From assembly GCA_012513425.1 (NCBI GenBank), contig JAAZCF010000165.1, positions 1 to 54,894 of the forward strand: DNA of 54,894 bases, read 5' to 3'. A program made the translations under genes and the position numbers. The number at the start of each line of letters is the position of its first letter. The first letter of the stretch is position 1. Positions 31,223 through 40,641 of this stretch are shown piece after piece. A model generated the notes under the pieces. The model made no database searches. It was not told the DNA's origin and saw nothing but the letters and a program-made list of their open reading frames with translations. The DNA comes from Bacteroidales bacterium (lineage in GTDB: Bacteria > Bacteroidota > Bacteroidia > Bacteroidales > UBA932).

Positions 31223-34117
31223 TTAAAAATCAGCTGAACTATAGAACTCTTTACGCGCTTCCTCAACTTGCTGTCTTGTAATCCTGTTGGCTCTTAAGTA
31301 CTCTAAGAACTCTGTACCAAGTGGGAAACGTCTGTAGTCCCCACGAACTTTTTCTACAAGGTGGTTGTTTGTCAAGAACTTCAATAATACTCTTAGTTCG
31401 TCTTTAGGCAGACCTGTGTAGTCTTCTAGTGTACTTCGGCTGAAGTAAGGTAAGCCGTATAATATGTCAACAGTTTCGTTGTGGTCCATAATAGGCAGTA
31501 CAAGGAACTTCTTAACAAGCGCTTCAATTGTATTCTTAGACGCATCGCTTTGAGCTTTGTCGATTTCGCTCAGCTTATCGTAACCCAGCGCTTTAGAACT
31601 GTAGAGTCTATTCATAAAGTTCACAACAAAATCTACATGTTCCTTTTTAACTACAAGGTCTTCACCATCGGTTGTAGAAAACATACAAGCCGCACAACTA
31701 ACCGAAAGCCTTGCTATTTTTATACGTTGGTCAGCAGCCTCAACTACTGGCACCTTGGAACTATACTTACGACCCATGTCAGTTGCATGACTTAATATTG
31801 CATCAACAGCTTCGGGTTCAAATTTCACGTTTTCTGGCCTGCGACTCCATGCCCAAAGAACGCGTAAGTTACATAAGTCAGAGTCATACACGTGTAGAAC
31901 CTCAGGCATATCATCTACAGACTTGTTGATAATAGAAGGGTCAATGTCATTATACGCAACACCCACAACTAAATCTAACCGCCGTACATCTTCTGTTTTA
32001 CCGAACAGTTTAAGTACAGCACTTATACCATGCGTTTCAGTGTTGAGCGGTCTTCCGTTTCTAGGGTTCGAAATATAGATAGCCCGCGTTCTTGCAGAAG
32101 TTTCCGCTGTAATAACACCAGTAGACTTCGCGATACCAGATGAACGCACGTCTGACATTTCAGCAAGGCTTTCTTCAGATAGCCCAGACAATTCATCGAT
32201 ACACAACAGTCCTCCATCATTTAATGGAAAAGCACCCCACACAAGAAACCAGCGCTTATTCGTTTGCTGGATGTTGTAGACTAGACCAGTACGTCTTGAT
32301 GACTCACCTGAGTGCATTTCTCCTAGTCTGTAGTGACTCATGATACGTTCTACAAGAGTAGACTTAGCTTGCCCAGAATCTCCTATGATTAGTACTTCCC
32401 CCCAGCCACGTTTAATGAACTGGTTCTGGAAGTAAAAATGTAATATAGTATGATAGATAAGGTCTACAGCAATGGCAACGTCGCGGCGGTCCCATACATA
32501 AGTGACATTACGCTCTAAGTCTTTGTGAATTTCATTCATCTTATCTTCTACAGATTGTCCTGGTTTTGGTTGGAATATTTTTAATCGTTCATAAACGTCT
32601 TCAGTCATCTCGAAGTCACTGATAATGTCCTTTTCAGGATACGCCTTGTCAAAGATATAGGTTGCATACTGTGACTGTGGATCCGGAAACATATATCCAA
32701 CCATCGTGTAGCGTTTATTTGTCTTGATGTTGTTACCTATATAGTATCCGTTCCTAACTACATACTCGTGTTCCTTTGCAAAACCAAAATTTGCTTCTGC
32801 TTTCGGTATCATGCGAACTTCTTCAATGTTCATGTGCTCTTCAATTGTTATTGTAAACGCTGGACAACTTTTGTTAATACCAAGCATTTCTACAATTGTT
32901 GCGTGTTGTTGCTTTTCTGTGACCTTGATAAGCTTCATTAAGTCCTTGTCAGAAGCTTTTAGCTCTTTAGTCATTTCACCAGCATACATACATAATCTAC
33001 AAGACTGACAAGCTTTCTTTTCAGAGTCAGCTGCATCACCACAGTATGCTCTTATTTTCTTCGGTGCAATATACGGTGTAGGGTCTTTACCAGACACCAT
33101 AATAGGCACTTGAATCCGCTTACCATACAAAGATGCATCGGCAGACTCAGCTAGATGAACATCTTTTGCTTCAACTTCCTCAGCCAAAGTTTCGCCAAGT
33201 AACGGATCAACATACTTAGTTGCGTTATCTAGTAATTTTCTAAAGTCTTCAGCAGAGTAGCCACACTTTACGAAGAAGTCCGTTACGTCACCTTTATGCG
33301 GGAAGTCTTCTGGCCAGTTAATTACATAAACCTCTACAGCTCTACAAAGTTTCTCACAAAGTTTCTTTGTAGCATTACGACCAGCTTCATCATTATCCTG
33401 AACGATGTAGACCCGCTTTTTATTTCTAAAATATCGTATCCATTCTGGTTTCCATGTACCGGCACCAGATGTAGGACACGCGGCTGGGAAGCCATACTGC
33501 TCAGCGATGATGCGGTCCATCTCACCTTCACACCAGACAACCTCTTCAATATCATCATTTACTAGGTTTTCAATACCAAAGATACGAACTTCACCATATG
33601 TGTTGCCATACTCATCTACATAGTTTAGTACTTTCCATTGGTCGTCTGTCGAGTTCCATTTGTATCTTCTAAAGTTGACTAGTGTGTTGAACTCATCATA
33701 GATTGGAATAGTTATACGTTCTCCGTCCCAACCAAGCTGGAATCTGACTGTTGTTTCATCGGTTAAACCGCGGCGCTCCCGTAGTACTTGTCGTATTGGG
33801 CCAGTGAGCTTCATCAAGGCTTGATGGTATTCGGCTACAAGGTCTACATCAATCTCAGGCCTAGCTGGTTTTGAGCTGTTTGGTCGTTCAATTTTTAGAG
33901 CATCACCTAACTCAAACCATGCTTGTTCACTTGTCAGATTATACAAATGCTTGTAAAGAGTATGTGCGTTACCTTTACTATGACAAGTTTGACAGTAATA
34001 TACACCTTTGTCCAAGTTAACTGTGAACGATGGTGTGTTGTCCGTTTGTTTCTCATGTAGATGTTTAAATGGACATTCGGCTTTTATTTCGTTGCCTCGC
34101 CTTGCTATATTTTTCAA
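31223..34117 (-). CDS. Bifunctional DNA primase-helicase
   Basis: 964 aa. It has a CHC2-type zinc finger (CPFKH...CQTCH), a Toprim domain (WCEGEMD, VQDNDEAG), Walker A GDSGQAKST and Walker B LLCIDEL. Confidence 0.85.
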   Translation of the reverse strand: MKNIARRGNEIKAECPFKHLHEKQTDNTPSFTVNLDKGVYYCQTCHSKGNAHTLYKHLYNLTSEQAWFELGDALKIERPNSSKPARPEIDVDLVAEYHQALMKLTGPIRQVLRERRGLTDETTVRFQLGWDGERITIPIYDEFNTLVNFRRYKWNSTDDQWKVLNYVDEYGNTYGEVRIFGIENLVNDDIEEVVWCEGEMDRIIAEQYGFPAACPTSGAGTWKPEWIRYFRNKKRVYIVQDNDEAGRNATKKLCEKLCRAVEVYVINWPEDFPHKGDVTDFFVKCGYSAEDFRKLLDNATKYVDPLLGETLAEEVEAKDVHLAESADASLYGKRIQVPIMVSGKDPTPYIAPKKIRAYCGDAADSEKKACQSCRLCMYAGEMTKELKASDKDLMKLIKVTEKQQHATIVEMLGINKSCPAFTITIEEHMNIEEVRMIPKAEANFGFAKEHEYVVRNGYYIGNNIKTNKRYTMVGYMFPDPQSQYATYIFDKAYPEKDIISDFEMTEDVYERLKIFQPKPGQSVEDKMNEIHKDLERNVTYVWDRRDVAIAVDLIYHTILHFYFQNQFIKRGWGEVLIIGDSGQAKSTLVERIMSHYRLGEMHSGESSRRTGLVYNIQQTNKRWFLVWGAFPLNDGGLLCIDELSGLSEESLAEMSDVRSSGIAKSTGVITAETSARTRAIYISNPRNGRPLNTETHGISAVLKLFGKTEDVRRLDLVVGVAYNDIDPSIINKSVDDMPEVLHVYDSDLCNLRVLWAWSRRPENVKFEPEAVDAILSHATDMGRKYSSKVPVVEAADQRIKIARLSVSCAACMFSTTDGEDLVVKKEHVDFVVNFMNRLYSSKALGYDKLSEIDKAQSDASKNTIEALVKKFLVLPIMDHNETVDILYGLPYFSRSTLEDYTGLPKDELRVLLKFLTNNHLVEKVRGDYRRFPLGTEFLEYLRANRITRQQVEEARKEFYSSADF

Positions 34118-34253
34118 CTCACTGAGGAAGAATGCTTCGTTGTCTAATTCTGCAAGTATTTTGTTTCTATACTCTGACCATTTAATCTTAACCGCCTCCT
34201 CTTATACAGTAGAATGGGGAGCCAGCTACTGACTCCCTACCCTACAAGTTGCG

Positions 34254-35018
34254 TTAGAACTCAGTATTTTCAATGTCTGTTGTAGTACCAACAGATGGGC
34301 CCGCAACGTCAGCAGTGTCGTCAAGGTCAATATTAAGGTCAGTTCTATTACGGAACGTTTTATATAGCTGCATACCGAATTCGCGGTCTTCCTCAGAAGT
34401 AGGGCCAGCAGGCGCAACAGTAATAATATACCATTCATTATTACCTTTTGATACAAGCTTCTCTTGTAGAGTATAGCCAAAGTGCCACATATTTTGCATT
34501 GTAACTTTTGCTAAGCTGTATAATTTCTTACCCTCATTGTAGTTTGTCTTAGCAAAGCTCAAAATAATTGGCATTCTTTCACCTGCAAAGAAACCGAAGA
34601 AGTTAAGGTACTTAGTACATTTCGGAATAGCTTCAGCTCCTTGTTTTGAGTTGTCAAATTCATTTTTACGACAAACCTTACATAGTAGTGTAGTACCATC
34701 AGAAGCTACACCAACTTTACCATCGCGAGCAATACATTGAATGCCTCCACCTTCGGAGCGTGGTTTCCACCAAATATTGTTGTTAAATTTGAACACTGGA
34801 ATAAATACTTTGCCATTAAGCTTTTCTTTTGTAAGTGAGTTGATAATGTCGCCTTCATCAGCGAGTTTGTCTTTACGCTCTGGACTAAGCGTTTGTACAA
34901 CTTTTACGCGAGGTACAATTAAGTCCCCTTCTTCCTCTTCTTCAAATCCAAGAGGCTCCTCAGATTGAGTAGCTAATAAGTTTTCGTCTTTGACTTGTAA
35001 TTCTTTTTTGTTTTCCAT
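34254..35018 (-). CDS. Hypothetical replication-module protein; weak SSB / annealing-protein candidate
   Basis: 254 aa with an acidic N-terminus. The acidic C-terminal tip ends ...TTDIENTEF, resembling an SSB-type tail. No family was recognised. Confidence 0.3.
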   Translation of the reverse strand: MENKKELQVKDENLLATQSEEPLGFEEEEEGDLIVPRVKVVQTLSPERKDKLADEGDIINSLTKEKLNGKVFIPVFKFNNNIWWKPRSEGGGIQCIARDGKVGVASDGTTLLCKVCRKNEFDNSKQGAEAIPKCTKYLNFFGFFAGERMPIILSFAKTNYNEGKKLYSLAKVTMQNMWHFGYTLQEKLVSKGNNEWYIITVAPAGPTSEEDREFGMQLYKTFRNRTDLNIDLDDTADVAGPSVGTTTDIENTEF

Positions 35019-35084
35019 ACGAATTCTCCTCCACTTTGTAGTATTTTGTATTTATCTACAACACCCGTTATAAGGTGCAGAGAC

Positions 35085-35384
35085 CTAGATAGTTAAATGT
35101 CTAACAATATAGTCTTGTTCTTTAGCGTCGAAAACCAACACTTTTATTGGGTCTTTACCATTCATAACAATCATAGTAGCTAGAATACACATGATTGATG
35201 GACCTGATAGTAATAAATAATCTTCTTTTATATTGAAGTCCTTAAGACCGTTGCGTAGCATATTCTTAACTACATCAGTCTTGAATATAGGCACTTTACC
35301 TTTAGTGACATAATGTATTGTGCCGTATTTAGATGCTTTATGGAAGCTGTGATTCATGTTGTTGATAACATACACTTTTGACAT
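35085..35384 (-). CDS. Hypothetical protein
   Basis: 99-aa ORF with RBS AGGAGG. Confidence 0.45.
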   Translation of the reverse strand: MSKVYVINNMNHSFHKASKYGTIHYVTKGKVPIFKTDVVKNMLRNGLKDFNIKEDYLLLSGPSIMCILATMIVMNGKDPIKVLVFDAKEQDYIVRHLTI

Positions 35385-35483
35385 CTGTATTACCTCCTAG
35401 TACTTTTCAATTTATGCTTTTATAAACCCTTACACTAATATTATACTATACCTATATGTGGTTGAACTAAGTAATTTTATTTA

Positions 35484-36158
35484 CTATACCACACTACCTG
35501 AGTCAATCTTATCTGCAACATAACCAGCATATAAATCAGCTACTGTATTACACACAATCATTTCTCTAAACGTTTCTATAGGTGCATCATAGCCATGGTT
35601 TGCTCTGAACAGCTCTCGCGCATGTGTAAACTTATCTGCGTATTTTACTTCTGCTTCGTCATACTTTTGTTGTACAAGGTCATAAAGCGACTTCAATGAT
35701 GGGTCCGCCTCAATAGTCTTACGTGCTGTAACCTTACCTACAGAAACCAAATGACCTTTTATATGGAATACTGACACTTCAAAGTCATCATCATGTAGTT
35801 GTTCCAGCAGCGCTGCGGCTTTGACCCATAAGTCTTTATTCTTTACTGGATTACCTTCTGCAGTAACCCAGCCTTTAATCTGCCAATTGACATACCATTC
35901 TTTAGTAAGACAATTGTAGATATATTCAGAGTCAGTAATTAGCATGATTTCTTCAGTACTACCATTACGGCAGCAATATAACCCTTTATTAAGAGCGTTT
36001 ACCAATGCGGTTAATTCGCCGCGCTGATTCGTTGAGCCATTTTCAGAACTGACCAGCTTACCAAAAGTACCGTCAGGGTATATACAAAAGACAGAACCTA
36101 CAGATAAGCAGTCAGGTTTACCGTTGCGGCGACTAGCGCCATCTATTGCAAAAATCAC
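35484..36158 (-). CDS. RNase H (type I)
   Basis: DGASRRNG, NQRGELTAL, ITDSEYI and HIKGH match the D-E-D-H/D catalytic pattern. Confidence 0.75.
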   Translation of the reverse strand: MIFAIDGASRRNGKPDCLSVGSVFCIYPDGTFGKLVSSENGSTNQRGELTALVNALNKGLYCCRNGSTEEIMLITDSEYIYNCLTKEWYVNWQIKGWVTAEGNPVKNKDLWVKAAALLEQLHDDDFEVSVFHIKGHLVSVGKVTARKTIEADPSLKSLYDLVQQKYDEAEVKYADKFTHARELFRANHGYDAPIETFREMIVCNTVADLYAGYVADKIDSGSVV

Positions 36159-36174
36159 TTTGTAGTTTCCTCCT

Positions 36175-36399
36175 TTATACTAGCTTATAGCCTATAATTC
36201 TGTTTGCAGGATTTGACTTTAATTTGAATTCATCGTCATAAGCATCCATGTAGTGCTGTATTTTCTCTGTAAGCTCAGATGTAATTGCAAGTATCTCAAT
36301 TGCTCCTGTGGGTAACTTAACAGCAACTACAAGCAGTTCTGGAGCTGTCTTTGTTTGCACATCGTTTATGAATCGCTTGCGTAGCTCAGTCATTAGCAT
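36175..36399 (-). CDS. Hypothetical protein
   Basis: 74-aa ORF. Confidence 0.4.
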   Translation of the reverse strand: MLMTELRKRFINDVQTKTAPELLVVAVKLPTGAIEILAITSELTEKIQHYMDAYDDEFKLKSNPANRIIGYKLV

Positions 36400-36402
36400 A
36401 AC

Positions 36403-36633
36403 CTACCACCTCCTAAACATAGTATCCAACATATTCTTTGCATAATAAGAAAGTGGAGCAGGCGTGTCAACTACACCGTGTCTTCTATCTTTTCTATCAC
36501 TAACCACGAAGCCTATAGTGTAGCCGCACATCTGGAAAGTTTTCGCAATAATCTTAGGATGCCGCGGCGCTGTGTCTAGATCATTCTTCCGTATTAGGCG
36601 AATGTACTCTAAACCGTCATCCTTCTTGCACAC
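36403..36633 (-). CDS. Hypothetical protein
   Basis: 76-aa ORF. Confidence 0.4.
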   Translation of the reverse strand: MCKKDDGLEYIRLIRKNDLDTAPRHPKIIAKTFQMCGYTIGFVVSDRKDRRHGVVDTPAPLSYYAKNMLDTMFRRW

Positions 36634-36644
36634 TTGCCATCACC

Positions 36645-37979
36645 TTACTCCTGTCCAGCAATACGTTTGAATATTGGGCAGTTTAATGAAATACCACCCT
36701 GCTTATTCTTTGATTCACCAAAACAGTCAATCTCAATCCACTTACCTACAATCAGTGTTGGATTCTTCCACCACTTCTCGCGCATAGCATCATCTAAACC
36801 AGATCCGACTCCAACTCTGTGACCTTTGTATTCTACAATCAATGCACCAAGTTTACCTTCATTCTTCGTACCTGGTTTACCTTCTTCCAAATCTACAACT
36901 TTCAATACATGTTCTTCTACACTCTTGACTTTTAAGATGTCACGGCTACGGTCTTTAGTGAGGTCATACTTACCTTTAAATGTGTTTAGCATAATTCCCT
37001 CGAAGCCGCGCTGCCAAATTGGTTTTGCCATTGCCATGACTTCTTCTTCCGTATTAACGACACCAAGAATTGGAACTGACTTGATGTACTTAAAGTCATA
37101 TGAAACTTTATATTGTGCAATGATTTCCTTATACTTTGTAGGTGCAAGACACTCAATGCTTTCATCTCCAAATAGGGCCCCTAACATGATTTTTCGCGTT
37201 ACGGCGTCATGTTTAGACACACCACGTTTGAAGTCATCAATCGGCACCATATCAAAGATGTTGTAGGTAAGTCCACTTCTAACACCTTTAGAGTTAGCAA
37301 TAGCGTTAGTAGCCTGACGCAATTCAATAGCATTCTCGAATTGACCAATAGCTAGTAGCTCACCGTCATACACACAGTTGTCTGGTAAATGTACAGCTTC
37401 TGTCTCAATATCTACAAGTCCTTCATCAGGAAGACCTGAGCGTGTGTACATAGAAACTTGTCCGTTCTCTTTAACAAGTAGGCGGCGAGAGCCATCAAGC
37501 TTCTCTGTGGCGATGAAAGGCCCTTTCACTTTATCTTTGTAGTCTTCATACTTCTCAGCCTTCATGATACCAATCATAGGAATGAAATCATCACCATAAA
37601 CTTGGTTAAGAGTCTTCTCAGTAACACCTATCTTCAGCGTCTTAGTTACCATCGCTACGGCAAGGGTATGTTCGTCAGAGCCGTGCTCAAACTGATTGAT
37701 AAACGATTTAGCAAACGCAACATCTTTGTCAGCACCTGTTTGATTCTTAGTAAAATATGAAACTACATCTTCCCAAGTAATATCAGTTGAATCAGCCGGT
37801 AGGGTTACGTCTCTGCCTAGTTTCTTCTTAGCAATTCCAGTTCGGATGTATGGATTGTAGATAAACTGCAAAATTTCTTTGAAACCAGGTACATCTTTAT
37901 ATTTGCGTAGTAATTCAAGTTTTGCATTACGACCAGATACGCGGCCAACTTCAAGAATACAGCTTGCAACTTCTTTCAT
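36645..37979 (-). CDS. ATP-dependent DNA ligase
   Basis: 444 aa with motif I ATEKLDGSR (KxDG), plus downstream nucleotidyltransferase and OB regions. Confidence 0.85.
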   Translation of the reverse strand: MKEVASCILEVGRVSGRNAKLELLRKYKDVPGFKEILQFIYNPYIRTGIAKKKLGRDVTLPADSTDITWEDVVSYFTKNQTGADKDVAFAKSFINQFEHGSDEHTLAVAMVTKTLKIGVTEKTLNQVYGDDFIPMIGIMKAEKYEDYKDKVKGPFIATEKLDGSRRLLVKENGQVSMYTRSGLPDEGLVDIETEAVHLPDNCVYDGELLAIGQFENAIELRQATNAIANSKGVRSGLTYNIFDMVPIDDFKRGVSKHDAVTRKIMLGALFGDESIECLAPTKYKEIIAQYKVSYDFKYIKSVPILGVVNTEEEVMAMAKPIWQRGFEGIMLNTFKGKYDLTKDRSRDILKVKSVEEHVLKVVDLEEGKPGTKNEGKLGALIVEYKGHRVGVGSGLDDAMREKWWKNPTLIVGKWIEIDCFGESKNKQGGISLNCPIFKRIAGQE

Positions 37980-38440
37980 TTCAAATCCTCCAATACTTTA
38001 AGTGCTATATCAGTAATCCTATCTAATTCTCTTTCCGCATCCAATCCTTCTAAGCTACAATCAGCATTTGATATTTCTTCCAACACTTGTTTATAGCGCT
38101 GGTTTTCACTTATTGTTAAATGCAATAATTCGCTTGTTTCCAAATACCTCATTTCGGATTCTTTATAAAGTTGTTGCCATTTTTGGACTTCTGCTCGCCA
38201 ATCTTTTATCTCTAGCTCTAACTCCTTAATACGTTCAGCTTGTTCGATAAAAAATGGCTCTATTGCATTAAATATATTGTCCAATAATTCTTCGTCAATT
38301 TCTTTGAAGTCTTCCAGAGTCATAGTACCTACTGCAAAAGCCGATTTACATCTAGTTAAGTAATATAAATAAGTTCCATCCATATAGTCATCAGTTAAGC
38401 CTAGCTCATGTGCAATAGCATCTTTGATTTGTTCCAACAT
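37976..38440 (-). CDS. Hypothetical coiled-coil protein
   Basis: 154-aa ORF with an ATGA-type overlap with the ligase gene. Confidence 0.45.
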   Translation of the reverse strand: MLEQIKDAIAHELGLTDDYMDGTYLYYLTRCKSAFAVGTMTLEDFKEIDEELLDNIFNAIEPFFIEQAERIKELELEIKDWRAEVQKWQQLYKESEMRYLETSELLHLTISENQRYKQVLEEISNADCSLEGLDAERELDRITDIALKVLEDLK

Positions 38441-38458
38441 TTTTACTCTCCTTCAAAT

Positions 38459-38845
38459 TCAATTATACTTAGGTTTAAAACCCCACGCAATACACCCAAA
38501 AAGCGTACCTAAATCTATTTCGTCTTTGCCCTTAATAGCTTTATCTCCATCAATACATTCTAGCTCCGTACCATCTGGAATTAAGTCAAATGCCCATAAC
38601 GGAATTAAGTATAACTCGCTTTCTTCTTCCCATTTTTTAAAGCCTAATTCTTCTAACTCATCTGCTGATAATTCAGTAATGTCACCAATAAGCTCTCTTA
38701 GTTGTTCTTTAATGATTAAGTAACTTGTTTTGATTTCTCTGTAAGAAAGTTCGTCACTCCAACTTTCATAGGATATTCCCATTTGAACACGGTTCATTAA
38801 AATTTTACCAACATTTCTCATAACTACTGTTAGGTTTTTATTCAT
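38459..38845 (-). CDS. Hypothetical protein
   Basis: Start trimmed to MNKNLTVV, overlapping the upstream stop. Confidence 0.45.
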   Translation of the reverse strand: MNKNLTVVMRNVGKILMNRVQMGISYESWSDELSYREIKTSYLIIKEQLRELIGDITELSADELEELGFKKWEEESELYLIPLWAFDLIPDGTELECIDGDKAIKGKDEIDLGTLFGCIAWGFKPKYN

Positions 38846-39434
38846 TTTTAGTCCCCCAATTATTGACTTTGTCAAAATACGCTTCTTCGATTTGTTCCCA
38901 AGTGAATCCGAGCATTTTTCCTAACCCAATAAGATAAGCTAATAAGTGTTCATACATTATTCTAGGCACTTCGCCACTGACTTTCTTTTGGACATGTAAG
39001 CTATAGACTGCTCCTAAACATTCGATAAATTGATTAGTAATGTTTATTTCTTTAAATTTCCAAACATCAATATCTGTAAAATTTAATTCCAACCCAATAC
39101 TCAAAATGAAGCGCAAACAATCCAAGTATTCTTCTAACAACGGGTTGATAATTTTAACCGCTACTTGACCTCTATTACCACACATCCAACATGAATCGAC
39201 ATCATATTCACCATTACACGATGGACATGTCTTATACGTTCTTTTTTCAATTCTCGGCTCTTGGTCATAGCTCCAAAACTTGAAACCACGCCATTCGTTT
39301 GCGAGTTCCCCAAGTTCTACTTGCAGCGCGAGAATCTTCTTTGCAAGACGATCTTCGCCTTCTTTTGGCGGATGCTCTCGCACTATATGTTCGTCTAACT
39401 GTCGTTGCAACTCAAATAATTTTGATATATTCAT
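38838..39434 (-). CDS. All-alpha NTP pyrophosphatase (dimeric dUTPase / MazG-like), paralogue 2, with an inserted Zn-ribbon
   Basis: LALQVELGELANEWR...LLEEYLDCLRFILSIG is interrupted by CPSCNGEYDVDSCWMCGNRG. Confidence 0.55.
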   Translation of the reverse strand: MNISKLFELQRQLDEHIVREHPPKEGEDRLAKKILALQVELGELANEWRGFKFWSYDQEPRIEKRTYKTCPSCNGEYDVDSCWMCGNRGQVAVKIINPLLEEYLDCLRFILSIGLELNFTDIDVWKFKEINITNQFIECLGAVYSLHVQKKVSGEVPRIMYEHLLAYLIGLGKMLGFTWEQIEEAYFDKVNNWGTKNE

Positions 39435-39616
39435 TCCGTTCCCCCCACACTTGAATTTATCAATCTATTAATCCACTCACCAATCATTTCCGGATTTTCT
39501 ACAGCTTTATAAACAATGAAACCATAGAACACGTAACTGATTATCGTTAGTGCGAAAACAAAGATGATAAAACCGATAACCAAGCGTTCGAATCTTTTAT
39601 GCTTTTTACGATTCAT
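39431..39616 (-). CDS. Small membrane protein
   Basis: 61 aa with one clear TM segment, LVIGFIIFVFALTIISYVFYGFIVY. Confidence 0.45.
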   Translation of the reverse strand: MNRKKHKRFERLVIGFIIFVFALTIISYVFYGFIVYKAVENPEMIGEWINRLINSSVGGTE

Positions 39617-40209
39617 TCCATTTCCTCCAATTTGTTCTTTAATGTATTTTTAAATGTTTTCAATACTTGCGTTACATATGCTTGCGAGCATTGTAGTTCT
39701 TCAGCAATCTTTGTATGTGTCTTTCCAAAATTAGACTCAATCCATGCACCTACAATCCTCTTATGCAATGGATTTTTTAAAGCATTGTAGCATTCTTTCA
39801 ATGACTGTAATATATTATTGACACCATGTGAAGCTATTGCTTCATCTTCAGCAGTAAACGGACTTTCAAATGTGTCAAGTAATGTCATTCCATCCTCATC
39901 ATCTTCATTAATAGGTTGGTTGCAAGATATTGTATTCAGTATTGCTTGGGTGTTTATACTTCTCACATAAGAGCCTAATCTATTGTAAATACAGACAGTG
40001 GCGTAGGTTGAGAATTTGTTGTTCTTATTAGGCTTAAAATTGAGTATGGCGTTAAATAATGCTTCGTACGCAAAGCTTATAGCGTCAAGATCATCTTCCA
40101 AATAGAATTTTCGTAATTGTGCGTGTATGAGGCCTTGGTTTAATTCAATAAGCTCAGTAACCACTTCTTCTGTCTTTGGTAATAACAACAGCTCCTCTAT
40201 TCTTTTCAT
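39613..40209 (-). CDS. Sigma-70 family sigma factor (regions 2 and 4 only)
   Basis: Start trimmed to MKRIEELL (ATGA overlap). Region 2-like DAISFAYEALFNAILNFKPNKNNKFSTYATVCIYNRL. Region 4 HTH THTKIAEELQCSQAYVTQVLK. Confidence 0.7.
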   Translation of the reverse strand: MKRIEELLLLPKTEEVVTELIELNQGLIHAQLRKFYLEDDLDAISFAYEALFNAILNFKPNKNNKFSTYATVCIYNRLGSYVRSINTQAILNTISCNQPINEDDEDGMTLLDTFESPFTAEDEAIASHGVNNILQSLKECYNALKNPLHKRIVGAWIESNFGKTHTKIAEELQCSQAYVTQVLKTFKNTLKNKLEEME

Positions 40210-40526
40210 TTCCTGGCTTTTTCTACAAGTGCTTTTACTTCTGCTAGTGTGTAACATACACCTGCAATACCTCCAGCATCTTGTAGCTGCTTTATGAACA
40301 GGAGCTGATGTGGTGTAGGTTTACCATCTTTCGCCTTCAACTCAATACCTACAAACTTGCCTCTAACGCACGCTATGAAGTCAGGTATTCCCTTGTTGTA
40401 TCTATCTGATGCTTTGTAGAAATGAATGTCAGGCTGAACTTCCAACCATTCTTTCACTTTTCTTGTTAGTGTTGCTTCCTGCGAGTATTTTGTTTGGTCG
40501 GATGATAAGGGCTTCTCCATCTTCAC
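40206..40526 (-). CDS. VRR-NUC domain nuclease
   Basis: GIPDFIACVRGKFVGIELKAKDGKPTPHQLLFIKQLQDAGG matches the D...ExK pattern. Confidence 0.75.
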   Translation of the reverse strand: MKMEKPLSSDQTKYSQEATLTRKVKEWLEVQPDIHFYKASDRYNKGIPDFIACVRGKFVGIELKAKDGKPTPHQLLFIKQLQDAGGIAGVCYTLAEVKALVEKARK

Positions 40527-40641
40527 TTATATGCACCCCCAGCGTCTCTCCCTCTTTTAGAGCCCATTTTCTAGCAACCCAGCCAGGGACCTGTACCAGT
40601 ACATTTCTCGGATTAGTGACGCGAGAGTCTTTAATGTGCAT
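40429..40641 (-). CDS. AbrB/SpoVT-type DNA-binding protein
   Basis: VLVQVPGWVARKWALKEGETLGVHISEDGEALIIRP resembles a swapped-hairpin barrel motif. Its 3' end overlaps the VRR-NUC gene by 98 nt. Confidence 0.55.
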   Translation of the reverse strand: MHIKDSRVTNPRNVLVQVPGWVARKWALKEGETLGVHISEDGEALIIRPNKILAGSNTNKKSERMVGSSA

